Part shown: one piece after another, positions 9,230 through 22,800 of the stretch | How positions within the stretch are numbered: position 1 is the first letter of the stretch | How the letters are laid out: each line of letters starts with the position of its first letter | Assembly (NCBI GenBank): GCA_044892505.1 | Contig: CM097883.1 | Coordinates: forward strand, 278,070,001-278,134,000 | Length of the DNA stretch: 64,000 bases | From: Schmidtea nova | Taxonomy: Eukaryota | Reading direction: 5' to 3' | Position numbers and translations under genes: made by a program | The notes under the pieces: model-generated | What the model saw: only the letters and a program-made list of their open reading frames with translations | The model's database searches: none | Told to the model about the DNA's origin: nothing

Positions 9230-10683
9230 AGGTTTTTAAAAAATCTTCTACTCAAGAACGAAAAGTCCCAGATCAAAGAAAAGGAAACAAGCGAAAGTTC
9301 AAGGAAGAATACATCGAATATGGTTTCGTAGCAAAAGAATCAGATGATTCTCAAGTTCCTTCTTGTTTGCTTTGCAACTCAACCTTATCGAACGAATCTC
9401 TTGTCCCGAACAAACTGAAGCGACATTTGGAGAAAGATCATCCAGCGCAAAAAGACAAACCATCATAATAATTCGAAAAGCTTGCAGTTGAGATAAAACA
9501 ACAATCGGAAAAGCTTGTCAGTATTTGCACCGATGGATGTCCTTCAATGCACGGGGAAAACATAAGTTTTGTAACTCGTGCGCGTCAACAAAATCCCAAT
9601 ATCGTCCCCGTCCACTGCATGATTCATAGAGAAAGTCTCGCATCCAAATCATTGCCGAAAGATTTGCAGTCTATCATGATTCAAGTTGTTCAAATAGTGA
9701 ACTTCATCAAGTCCCGACCACTCCAATCACGACTCTTTGCACAGCTTTGTGAAGCAATGGACTCCGATTACGAGTGCTTACTTTATCATACGGAGGTCCA
9801 CTGGCTTTCAAAAGGAAAAGTTCTTAAAAGACTTGTACATCTCAAAATAGAAGTGGTTTCTTTCCTTGAAATTGAAGATAAAGATTTTGGATTCCAACTG
9901 CATGACGAAATCTCGTGGTTGAAGGTTCAGTTTCTCCGATTTATTCGATAAACTGAATTCGCTGAACATGAGTCTTCAAAGACGATGCGAGAACATCATC
10001 ACATCTTCATTGAAGTTGAATTTATTTATTGAGAAACTGTCCTTGTGGTAAAGCAAAATATCGAAAGGAATATTCGACTGCTTTTCATTTGTTAACGAAT
10101 CTCAAGATAAGAAGAAAATTAGCAATGAAATTTTGCACACTCTTAGTGAACTCCAATCGTCACTTCAATACTATTTTCCATCACTTGACATCGACGAATT
10201 TCCTTGAGTGATCATTCCGTTTGCCATCAGTGAAGTCAATTTGACGACCGAAGAGGAGGAGCAGCTGATTGAATTGAGAAATGACAAATTCTATCAAACA
10301 ACGTTCACGAACAAGACTTTGGAAGAATTCTGGCTTGCATTTATGAAAAATTATCCTTTAAACCAGTTTCAAAGCAGTCAAAATTCTGTTGCCATTTTCA
10401 TCTTCATGGTTCTGTAAAATTGGCTTTTCTGCATTAACTGAAATCAAGTCCAAGAAGCGAGAGAGACTTCTCAGAATTGCTGATGAGATGCGGGTTTGCT
10501 TGTCAACTTGGGAGCCGCGATGGAATATGATCTGTTCCCTTAAGCAGGCACAGCCATCACACTGAATTAACATGTACAAAATGAAATCATTTAAATAAAA
10601 TAACTTTAAAATATTTTGGTGTGTCGCGAAAATTCTCGGATATTTTTAGTGTGTCGTAAACCAAAAAAGGTTGAGAAATACTG
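9230..10683 (+). mobile_element. Decayed, internally deleted hAT (Buster/Charlie-like) transposon
   Basis: BED finger CLLCNSTLSNESLVPNKLKRHLEKDH; SICTDG; HCMIHRESLASK; C-terminal SNLEPRW..LKQAQPSH; right TIR aaggttgagaaatactg ends at 10683. No left TIR seen. Frameshifts and stops present. Confidence 0.88.
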
Positions 10684-11236
10684 CGTGAGACGGTCTTATC
10701 AATAACTCTATAAATAATTTATGAATTATTTTACTTCATTATTAGTTTCAGATTGATCAATTTTATATTATAAAATTATAAAATGGCCATAGAAAAAGCT
10801 CCATCAAAAATTGGGAATTAACTCTATATGAAATGCAGCTAAACCTCAACCATGGTAAAAACAATCAAAACGAAATAACAACAACGTCTGTGTGCGCGGT
10901 GCTGATAATTTAATGTGGTCTAGAGTTGAAGTGCGCACACAGACGCGAGAACGGAATCTTGGAACTTAGATATATTTGATGAAATTGTGATTTTGGAATT
11001 TTGGATTTTAATTGAAAACCATTTTAATTGTTTTGCTGAACTATTTAATTGGTTTTTTTTTGGGTTGGATTTAAAAATGGCTGAGTAAATTTTAAGTGAA
11101 TTTAAAAAAGGAATATTTGAGATTGGGTTTTTGTCACAGTTTTTGTTCGGTTTTATCTGTGCTTTTGGGATGAAAATAATGTTGTAATTTTGATGAATTA
11201 ATAAATCGAATTTTGGATTTAATTTATTGATTTAAA

Positions 11237-12055
11237 ATGCTTAATGAAGAATTGGCCGAAGACAAAGATTCTATTGATAATGAATTGTTACGAAATGTGG
11301 TCAATAAAATCGAGAGCTCTCTTATGGATGATTTAATTAATGTGATGTCTTCGCGAGATCCAATTATTTCTGATAAAGTGCGATCTTCAGTAATTGTAGA
11401 AAAGCTACAATTTAATTCACCGATATCTGACAATAATTATTGGTGTGAATTGAATGTTGGTTGAACACCTCTTACAGAAAAACTCAAAAATTCTCCAATT
11501 TGTAAACTTTGTTATAATTTTCGAACGGGCATTATGTCCAATCCCAGACTCATTCTTGATGATATAGAAGATGGATCTGAGGGAAATGATACTAATAAAA
11601 CTGATGATATAATATTGATGCTCGTAAATCGAAAAGACAATTTAATCACTTCTTTCCAATCTCAGTTCGACCAATGGCCAAATTCGTATAAAGACAGACC
11701 ATATCTGAGGAAAATGATCAGTAAAAGACGCAAGGATTATCTAAAATTATGCGCCTCGAAAGAGGACTTGTCTCTGTCACGATTCTTAGAGAGTTTTGGA
11801 GAGGCAATGAAGTCAATTCCAAGGACTGTTTTTCTTTCAGAGCTTCTAATCAGCGTCAGGACACTTTTAGAGGATCCTCGTCAAATGGATAAGCCACTAT
11901 TATTCAAAACCGATCCAAGTGGGTTTGTAGCTGGTCATCGAGCTGTTGCTGTCGGTGGAAAACAATTGGAAGCTAAAAGCTATGGGGAAAAGAAGCTTCG
12001 TAAAAATACAGAATTTTCAATTGATGAGAAAATCAATCGGAGCTGGACGCGGTGA
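11237..12055 (+). CDS. Two orphan ORFs (75 and 173 aa) of unknown function, possibly TE-derived
   Basis: Protein-like composition, but no recognisable motif. Truncated or overlapped by the gag-pro remnant at ~12050. Confidence 0.25.
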
Positions 12056-13873
12056 ACCACCTTCATTAAAATATTTTAAATTCAATTTTTCAGCAATCAT
12101 TTTAGATAAAACGCTTATTTTTGCTCCTGTGTCAAATAATGAATTAAAAGTCGCATTATTTAATTTAACATCATTAAATGGTCTACCATCTACCTTACAA
12201 TATCCTATATCAAATATATCTTTAATAACATTTACACTCGGTAATTTTAACTTTTTATTAAATATATTTAAAATGCAATCATTTTTATAACAATCACTCA
12301 CAAATATACTGTCATTCTCATTTTGTTCATTATTACAATTATTAATTAAATAAAAATCATAATAAGATTTTTGATTGGGGAAAAAATCAACATTAACATT
12401 ATCAAACAAACCATCAACTAAACAATCATTACATTCAACATTTAGGGTCCTCAAAAATTTATCATTGCTTACATGTGATTTATCGCTCCTAACATATCCC
12501 CTCTGCTCGGAGCTTTGGCATTTCCCGATATCTCTGACTGTCCATCACAGTCTCTCGATTCATCATCATCTACTGCAGCCACGTGATCTCCATTGTTTCG
12601 ATCATTTTCTTGATTAGAACTTCAATTGTATCGATTGAAATTTCCATTGTTTTGATTCGAAGTTCTTTGAAATCTCATCTCGTAGTGATGTTGTTTCTGA
12701 AAACATTGAAAACTTAAATGACCTGCTTTTCCACAACCCGAACAACGAGTATTTGGGCATTCCAGACTAACATGACCAATTTCACGGCATGCGTAACATT
12801 GCATTTTTGAATATTGATCTGAATTTCGATTTTGATAATTGTTTCCATTTTGAGGTCTTCCACTGAAATTTCTACTGAAATTCCTTTGATAATCTGATCG
12901 TCCTTGAAATTGATTTCTTTGTAATTTTTAAAATTCATTTTTCTTATCAATTTGATTTCGTTGATTTCCATAACTATTTCTTTTTTTCATTGGAATTGTA
13001 TTGACCGTTTTTCACAATTGACGCGTAAGAGCCTTTTCCAACGGCTGAAACTTGTTGTATCTTTGATTTATCTTCATCCAATTTCTGTAAAATTCTTTTA
13101 ATATATTTATTTGCCGTTGGACCTTTCTGAACTGACTCTCCATCATTTCTGAAATCTTCTTTCGATAATTTTACTTTCAGCAAATCTTCCGTCATTTCAT
13201 ATCTTTTTATTTCACATTTTTCTTCTTCATTATTAAGACAATGCTTTAGGAAGAATGTTGTCAAATTTAACATTGTTAGCTTGTGCTTCAGAATTTTCTG
13301 AACACCTTTCTCAATTTTGCTAATGTATGTTTATGCATCATCTTCTCTTTTTCGATAATTTAGCAAATTTTCCAAATCCTTAGCTAAATCCTGGTTTGCT
13401 TCGAACGCTAGTCTAAGCCTTTTCACATAATCTTCTTCATCTGGAATCTTGTCATATTTGTTGCGGCAATTTTCGTCCAGATAAGCTTGAACAATTACCT
13501 TTATTTGATTATTGTCTAACTGAATAATTGAAAAATATGATTCAATCTTCTCAATAAATTCTTCCAAATCGTCTCCAATTGAATAGATTTTCGGCTATGG
13601 GAGAATCCGTAATAATTCCTGAGTTGAAAGCGTGGTCGCCATGTAAAGAATAAGAATGACTTTTGAAGTTCTTAAACTTTATTTAAGAAATTTTGGTACT
13701 ATTTATAGTACCCTGTGTGCCGACACCAGCACAATCAGCAAAGCTTCTTGGGAAAATAATAAATAATGATGTCATCTAAGGGCCCAGTCAATCAGGCATA
13801 ATCAATCACACATGCAGGCATGACACAATATATAATAAGGGTTAGGGAAATCAAATATCCCATTATAATTACA
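12050..13873 (-). mobile_element. Decayed LTR retrotransposon remnant (LTR-PBS-gag-protease)
   Basis: Gag N-terminus (EEFIEKIESYF); two CCHC knuckles (CYACREIGHVSLEC, CSGCGKAGHLSFQC); protease LFDTGAKISVLS; multiple stops and frameshifts; candidate LTR 13642-13873 (TGT...ACA). Confidence 0.85.
13631..13641 (-). other. Primer-binding site, tRNA-Arg(TCG)-like
   Basis: TTTACA|TGGCGACCACG directly abuts the LTR end; an 11-nt match to the complement of the tRNA-Arg 3' end as I recall it. Confidence 0.6.
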
Positions 13874-14204
13874 TCACAAGTATGTTTGTGGTAATAATTA
13901 GGTATGTAAAAGAACCGAAAATGAAATATTGTCACAGTTCTTCTTTCGACCACTCATGGATCTGATAAATCTTGGATGTAATCATGGATATGATGTAATT
14001 TTTTCGAGTATCCACCAATTGTACTACAGTACTATAGTTGCTTAACGACAGGAAGCCAGTGGTAATATTAATGTTCGCGGTTGTAAATTAACCCTAAAAC
14101 ATCGTTTTACTCAGTGGTAATCTATCAAATATAAACTCATCGGTAACCTAACAAATATTTGAATTTTAATATGGGTTTATTTCGCGTTTTGCATCAGAAT
14201 TTAA

Positions 14205-14437
14205 CCCTTTCGCACCGACTTTCCGCTAATGACACTATGCTAAATTTATATATTGGAACTTGTTAATATTGACCTAAATATGAAATATTCTCATTTTTGT
14301 AATCGTGGCGCTTCTGAATATCCTAGAAAGTCCTGGGATAATAAGTCCCAATAGGCTTTGAAAATTGCTTTGAAAATATCCCAGTAGGATCATGATGAAA
14401 GTTTCTGGGACGTATTGTCCCAATAGGGGCGAAAGGG
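14205..14437. mobile_element. piggyBac-type MITE (233 bp)
   Basis: TTAA-CCCTTTCGC...GCGAAAGGG-TTAA; internal repeated tccca/tggga motifs. Confidence 0.85.
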
Positions 14438-14846
14438 TTAAATGAACTTTTTTTGTTTGATCTTTTGGGTTTTCAATGATTTAAAACAATCTTTGCTTTT
14501 TTTTGTGTTGAAATTAAACTTTAGTTACAAAATTATATAACTTAAACAAATAAAAGTCACAAGATGATAAATTTGAGAACATAAATTTATTATAAAATTA
14601 TTGATGTTTTATTCTTTTTGCATTTTTAGTCGATTTTTAACGTTTTCTGTGTAATCTTTTAATATTCAAAGTTGTTTTAATATACGAATTCTAAAATTCT
14701 TTATTTTAAATTTATACATATTTTAAATTTAAATAATCATAATTTTCATTATATCATTTTTCGTTATCTTATCATATATTTAATAAATAATTTATAATTA
14801 TAAAAATTAAATACATAATAATTGTTTTCTTTTTTTAGGTTATAAG

Positions 14847-16741
14847 ATGTACAAAAGAGTAAACCTTCATTCAAAATTATCTCCTTTAAGCAGATTTTTA
14901 TTTTCATTTTATAAGTGTATTTCCATGACAACTTTTAAATCTTACCCTGAAGATTTTAATCACATTTTGAAGTCAATGGGAACAAAATTTAATATTAGAC
15001 AAATTGATGAAATGCTGTCATCATGCGAGGAACATGTCGATGTTAAGCATCTAGTCCCAGGTTGCCCATTAAAAGAGATTTACATAAATCAATTACCAGC
15101 AAATACTAAAGTCGAAGATAGATGGAATGTTGGAGTCAATCAGGTAACTTGCAAATGGCTTGCTCAAATGGTTTTTCAATTTAAGTCATTTCCTTAATAA
15201 AGTATATTATAATTATAGCTAAAAATCATAATGTTTAATATTAAAATTTATTTTATATTAAATCATTATTGAGTTTGTTTTTGTCCTAACATAATCAAAG
15301 TTTTCTTAAAAGCAATTTCATTTATAATAGTAAATTTCTTTAAATAATGTATGAATTCGTGATAAATTCTATTATAATTTTTCCATTTTATAGATTTCTA
15401 ACTCACTTTATGAAAGAAATATGTTCAAACAAAATCGTGTAATATGTATAACGAGATGAGAATAGGCCCAGTTAAATATGATACCACGTAAATACAATAG
15501 TCTTTACTAGTACACAGTCTTTATTAAATTTTTGAGATTGATCATTCATTGCGATGATCCATTGAAAAAAATGCTTTTACAGTTATTCATTTCATTACTT
15601 TCCAATAAAATACACTTTAAAGATAAATAATTATCTACTTAGTAAAGCATTAAAACAGATTTGGTAACAGCTCTTTAAACACATTCACAATCGAAAAATG
15701 AAAACTTTAATGTTAGACACGAAAATCAAACCGATCCCGAAATGGAAATTGCGGAAAGAAATGTGTTAATTTGAAAATCGTATAAACCGAGGAACAAATG
15801 TATAATGTTGAAAAAGGACGTACTTTATTCACTTTTATGACTATTTCAGAATTCTATTTTTCAATAATGATCTCAGAACAATTATTTTGAATCGTATAAT
15901 AAAGTTTAATCAAATTATTTTAGGAGTACTGGAAAATAATAAATTATTATTTAACAGCATTTTAAACATTGATTTTATTTAAAAAATAAAGGTGCACCGG
16001 AAAGTATTGAATTATTTTCAAAAAATATAATTTAAATCTATAATTTAAAATAATCTGAATTGAAAGGCCTGACATGGGAGTTGATAAAACTCATTTAAGA
16101 TATTGCATATAGTTTTTGTTTTGCCAGGAGATGTATTGAAGGTCAACAAATGCCAACGTGGGTTTAGAAAGTTTACATTTGGTGATTTTAATCTTTCTGA
16201 TGGTGAAGGTTCCCGAAGGCCATCCAAGCTGCACGATGACTTGCTTACATAATTAGTTGAGTTTGATCCACGTTAAAGCATACATGAATTATTGGATAAG
16301 CTCAAATCATCACAGTCAATCGTTCAGGAACATTTAAAGAAGATTGTAAAGGCGAATATACTTGGTACTTGACTTCCTCACAATCTTTCCGAAAACAATA
16401 AAGCACAGAGACGAACAATTTGTAACGCTTTGTTAATCAGACAAAAATGAGTTGTTTTTGCATTTTGTTGTTATCAGTGTAGAAAATTGGGTTCTCTATT
16501 CAGATATTAAATGGAAAAAACAACTGCAATTTTTTGTAAAAAACAATATTTTTTATTTTATATATATATATGACAGAGCACTACATGCAATAAATAAATT
16601 CAATAAAATTAAAAATTGATCATATTTATAGGTTTACTAGATGTAACTCGCGAAAGTAAAGTTATATACTGACTCTTTAAATATATATTTCTTATGGATC
16701 AGGAAAATTCAATCATAATGTAATCAGTTTGGATAACTTAT

Positions 16742-16824
<83 letters not shown>

Positions 16825-19800
16825 AATACGAAATATAAATTTCATAATTCCCCACAAAAGTCAACATATGTAATTACTGTTGTCCGTAACTTTTGTATTA
16901 TATTATTTTTAAGATAAATTTTAAAATTATATTAATATTAATTTTACTTATTAATAAGTAATAATTTTCTAATTAATTTTTAGAAATGCAATCGTCATTC
17001 AATAGTGATTTTTCAGCTATTAATTATATAATTTATATTTTTAAACATAAAATAATACAAAAGTTACGGACGTCGTACAATTGTAATTATATATGTTGAT
17101 TAGTGATACGTAATCGCATGTGAAAAATCCAATAAAATTTTTATTAATCTAATTAGTTAAACTCTCAAAATGATATTGTATTTTGCATATTGCATTTTCG
17201 GATTGAATAATTGGATGATCAAAGCCTCGCAATTTATTTGTTAATAATAATTTTGAAAATCTTAAGACAATATTTTACAAAATGGAAATATCAATGCGCT
17301 TCATTCATGTTTTATTATGCTTAATAATATTACTCTTCCCGGTCTTTCTAGCATGATTCCGAACTCGTGTTAAAGAGATGAACCGCACCTTATTCAATTT
17401 CTGGCATGACCAAATTGCGTGACAGATTTATTGCTGAACATGTCTTTGTGGGGATACAATTAATATGTAAATAATTGTGTGTTAAACTATGGATATATAG
17501 CTTTTCATTAAATGGATCACTGATGATGTTCACACTATCGATCTATCATTAACAGATTACATTAATTATAAAGGAAAATATGCAAAATTAATTCCCCAGT
17601 CTGCTGGTCGTTATCAAACAAAAGGATTTAGAAAAGCACAATGTCCAATTGTTGGGCGATTAATATGTTCTCTAATGATGCACGGTCGAAATAATGAGGA
17701 AAGGATCAAAGCAAACAATATCCTAAAACATGCATTAGAACTGATTTATTTGATGACCCGAGAAAATTCAATCCAAGTGATGGTTAACGTAAATGTTACA
17801 ATTTTGTTTGACAAAAAGAATACCGCTTTGGTGCTGTTTGCAATTCACCCACAAGCTATGGCGGCAATTCGAAATCTTGATGCCTGTTTCCTGCGGGCAA
17901 ACAAATGCATTTACACATATCAAAAATCAATGTCATCCAATTACCAACGGAGGAGGCCAATCACGCAAATACCACAGTGTTGAACTTTAAAAGACTTAGA
18001 AATTATTTTAACATTAGTATTTTCACTATTTTTAAAAATAAATTTTCTAAAATTTCTAAAAACCTGAGAAAACGGTGAACCAATATTATCATTCAAGTTA
18101 ATTTTCTTACATTACATTTTTTTCAGCATTTGTTCAGTTTATTGAATAAGTTTCTTTATTACTTGGAAATCTATTGAACTGAAATAATTAGGTCGTACAA
18201 ATATTATGCGTACGTTGCGCACTTACATATTATGTCGTGATCCCTCAACTTATCCATACATATCTGTACGCGAAATATCTCAAATTTAAAACTCCCTATC
18301 TACACGCGCGTTCGTAATATATGAAGGGTTTCTAATTCTGAAGTATCTTAATGACAATGAAGTATGTCGAAAAAATAATTTATGCAGATTTTTTAAAATA
18401 TTTCATTTGTTCATTATAGGTAGATGGGAATATTTCTAGCTTATTGGTGGGTGTAGTAGATGGGCATTCGGGCAAGGATTGTGCTCAACTTGTCAATAAA
18501 GCGGGATTAGAATATATAGCTGCGTCTTGTTTAAATTCAGAAAAATTAGATATTTCTCTTAAAGTTTTTTTTCTGATAAACTAATTGTAATAATCGGCAA
18601 ATCTATAGGAATATAAAGATATTTCCCACTATACAATTGTGCGCCGTTTTCATCCGGCTCAGTGGGAAAGTTTAAATGATTCAGTTAAGTCTCACTTTAT
18701 GAAATCGCTTTTGGTTTATATGGAGGAAATGCTTGAAGATAAAAATAGAATCGGTATAAAAATTTAGGACCTGCGCAAAATTGATCTTTTTCCTGTTATA
18801 GTTGTACCGGAATTAGCCATGAAAAATTCTTTAATGCGCTTAGATAGAGATATGTGCATTCCGAATTGTAAAGAGGATCTTAAAAATTGGTTTAAAAGTC
18901 GTCCATTATTAAGACTTTCTCTTAGTGGAGCTGTGGCATTATTTATGAGATTATATTGGCTTGGGGAAGAAGGGGAGAAAAATCCAACTATTCACGTGGC
19001 AAACATCGGTGATTGTGGGGCAGTTTTGGCTAGTTATGATCAAGGTGGTTACTATTTATACTATATTATAAATTATCTTATTTTTACATTAATTTTTATA
19101 ATGCTCTCGCTGAAATATGTTTTTTTCTTAGGAAACCATTGAAAATTATTAGATTTTAATCTTAGTATATTGTTATATCTTTTCAATATAAAATGATAGA
19201 TAATTACTGCCATCAGCGGCCTTATCGCGATTAATTCATCTCTTGAAATCTATCGCCCACCCATTGAAAGAAAGTTGTGAGTCTGCGATGACTCATCATT
19301 TACTATTGAATACGAAGTCAATTGCATATACATCCATGAAAAAAATTTTAAGTCAAACCTTCCCATAGACAATGACGCGATGACTCACATGTTACTTTAT
19401 ATCAGCGGTTCCCAACCTTTCTGGTGCTGTGATCCCATGATAACATTTGCCAATTTGTGGCGACCCAAAATAATAAAATTAATAGGGTTGCACTTCAGTT
19501 TGTGGTGTAAAATAAATAAACCAAACTTTAATTAATTAAATAAAATTAAGATTCTAATAAAATTTAAAAAAATTTAAATTAAAAATAAAATTAATTAAAA
19601 ATAAAATAAAATAATAAAATTAATAATAATGATAATTAATAATAATTAATAAAAATATAAAAATAAATAATAAAAATTAAATTAATAAAAAAAATAAAAT
19701 TAAAAAGATTCTAATTAAATTAAGATTCTAATTAAATAAAATTAAGATTCTAATAAAATTTAAAAAAATTAAAATTAATAAAAAAAAATAAAAAATAAAA

Positions 19801-22800
19801 AAATGAAATTAATAATAATGATAATTAATAATAATATTAATTAATTAATAATTAATAAACAATAAAATTAATAAAAATAAAATTAAAAAGATTCTAATAA
19901 AATTAAGATTCTAATTAAATTAAGATTTTAATTAAATTAAGATTTTAATTAAATAAAGTTAAGATTCTAAATAAAATTAATTAATCAAAGTTTGGTTTAT
20001 TTATTTTACACCACAGGGTTGCACTTCAGTTACAGCATTTTTGCAGCCAAATATTATGATAATTATGTTTCTGCGACCTCTGGCAAACTGTCACGCGACT
20101 CCAAGGTTGGGAACCACTGCTTTATACAGATATTATGGCACAGATTTTTTTCCAAGACCCCTTTTAGTGGGTTTCTCAGCCATAGCATGTTGCATGCCTT
20201 CAGTTGACGTACTAAAATTTCAGGAATAATTTCAGATGCAGCTCCAACATGAATTTCATCATAAGGCGATAAACCTTCATACCCCTCTCTACCATCACCT
20301 ATTTTTAAATGCAAATGGCCTGTATATACGAGTTCTTTAATTTCTGGAATTTTATTAATATTCAAAATAGATTTATGAACAAGTTCTTTAATGTGATCAA
20401 TTCCTACAACGACTCCTTGGTTGCCAAGCCTTTTCATAAAACGAGCAGTTAAATATCCGCTACCTGTACCAATATCAAGAATTCTAGCACCCGGCTTCAA
20501 CCTAGGCAGAATTTGTTCAAGTGCTACTGCATGCATGTGTGGAGCACTGATAGTTACACCAAAACCAATCGATTTTGGTGAATCGTCATCAACAAAATTT
20601 GCACGATCAATCGATAACATTAAATATTCTACCTCATCCGAATGAATATACTCGTCATTTTTTTAAACGTTGGGTTAAATCAGCTTTTGAATTAAATCCA
20701 CTAAGAAATTTAAAAATAGTTTGGCTAAGGAAAAAAATAACTATTAATCGACTATTTGAAATCATTTATTTTGACGAATGTTAACACGTTTTCTACCATT
20801 TTTAAACTTCAGAAAAAAAGTATTTAATCTAAAAGAAATATTAAAACAAACACCATCTTTTTAAGTAAATAAATGTAAATGTAAATAAAAAATAAATAAA
20901 ACTCAAACAACTCAGAAACGCCAAATCAGCCAATATCACAACCAAGTTATCAAAAATATAAAGTTTTTAGAAAATCTTCGATATCGACTTTCTAGACCAC
21001 TACACCCCTCCCCCCTAGACAAAGACATGTTACTATTTATAGACAAAGATACTTACAATTTTTTCCAAGTCGCTATGACTCATCATCGAAAACTTATATA
21101 AGCCAAGACAAAAACCCATTGTTTAAATATAGTTTTGGCTCCATTTTGATAAGTTTAAACAAAGACTTATATTATTATTATTTTATAAATATGTTTATAT
21201 GATGTGTGTTAGTCATGTTTTCACAGACGCTTAGACTATAAATAGTAACATCTCTTTGTCTATTGGAAGGGATAACATAATATCTTTAGTAACATATAAG
21301 TTATCGTGAGGGAGGGTCTTCAACTAAAATAAATTTCTATGCCAAATATATATAGTCTATATATAGTAACATGTCTTTGTCTAGGGGGTTGACTTAAAAA
21401 AATTTTCATGGATGTATATGCAAATGGCTTTGATTTCCATAGTAAATGATGAGTCACCGCGAACTCACAACTTTTTCCATGAGTGTAGCTGCAAACACAC
21501 ACAATCAGGCTTGTTTTTATGTGGGTTTAATTGGCCAAAAATATTTCGGCACAGCCTTTATCAAGTGTGTAATACACCGTGTTTCAATGGCGTTTCTCAT
21601 CTATAATAATCAGTACCTTATCCATTGCTGTTTAACTGAATCGTAGCATTTATTATGTCGTAGACAGAGATAGAAAAAAAAATAAAATTACACACAAACA
21701 CAAAATATAGAAAAAAACAGATGTAAACTTTCAGATGCGTTTTTTGTTTTATTCTCTAATCTCATTCAATATTTTAATCAACACAAAAATTGTAAATTAA
21801 AATGGCCGATAAATTTTTTTAAATGAATCTGAGGAATCTACCTTGGGTTTTCATGAAAATGATGACATATCATCGTAAGTAATATAATTTAAAGTTAGAA
21901 TAAATTTATATTTTCAAAGATTTTCAGAAAATTCAATGGAAACAATTCCATTTCATGAAGATGACGAAATATCTTCGTAAGTAATTTAATTTAAGTTACA
22001 ATAAATTTTTATTTTCACAGAATGTCAGAAAATTCAATAGAAACTATTCCATTTCGTGAAGATAAATTGGAATATGATATCACTTATATTTATTTATTAA
22101 AATATTTACAATGATATTAGCCTTTCAGATATTACATGTACCTCTAGATACTGCATTACATAGGATACTCGAAAAAATGTTCGAAAATGGTTAGTTGAAA
22201 TAATATTTATTTAAAAAGTTAATGGACTTTTATAAGATTTCAGATATTGATAAAGGCAGAATAATAAGTGCAATGGAAATTTACTTGGAATATCAAAAAG
22301 TTCTATCAGAAAAATAATTTATATTTATAAAAAATATGGCCACCTACCAATGTACAAAAGAGGTGGCAGTAAGCCTCAAATTTCTGAAGAAACCGGAAAT
22401 AATTTATTGGATTTTGTGGAAAACAATTTAGGTGCATCCTTAGAGGAAATGAGAAAATTCCTCAACCAAATCAATTGCAATGTAGCAAGAGCGACAATTT
22501 TTAGGTTTCTGAATAGGAATATAATAACATTATAAAAATAAGGCCATGTGTAGCTGCTCGAAATTCAGACCACGTCCTCGAGTTAAGGTTACAGTATGTA
22601 ACTCGCTTTTTAGACGAAGCATAACAAGACAAAAAATTAATTTACATTGACGGGTGTGGATTTAATTCATGGTCAGGCCAGAATCTGGGAAGGAAGAAAA
22701 AAGGGGAAAGAATTTATTAGATAGTACCAACTAACCGAGGCTCAAATATGTCACTGGCTCTTGCAATTGGCTTAAAAGGACCAGAACATCACAAATTAGT

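Noticed and set aside
16729-16917. (IY)n ORF
   Set aside because: Translation of a (TA)n microsatellite.
20063-20620. PIMT as an intact 185-aa nested gene
   Set aside because: The ORF-track C-terminus runs out of frame into the MITE, and the conserved N-terminus is frameshifted. It was treated as a pseudogene, although a homopolymer sequencing error at the 5' slip cannot be excluded.
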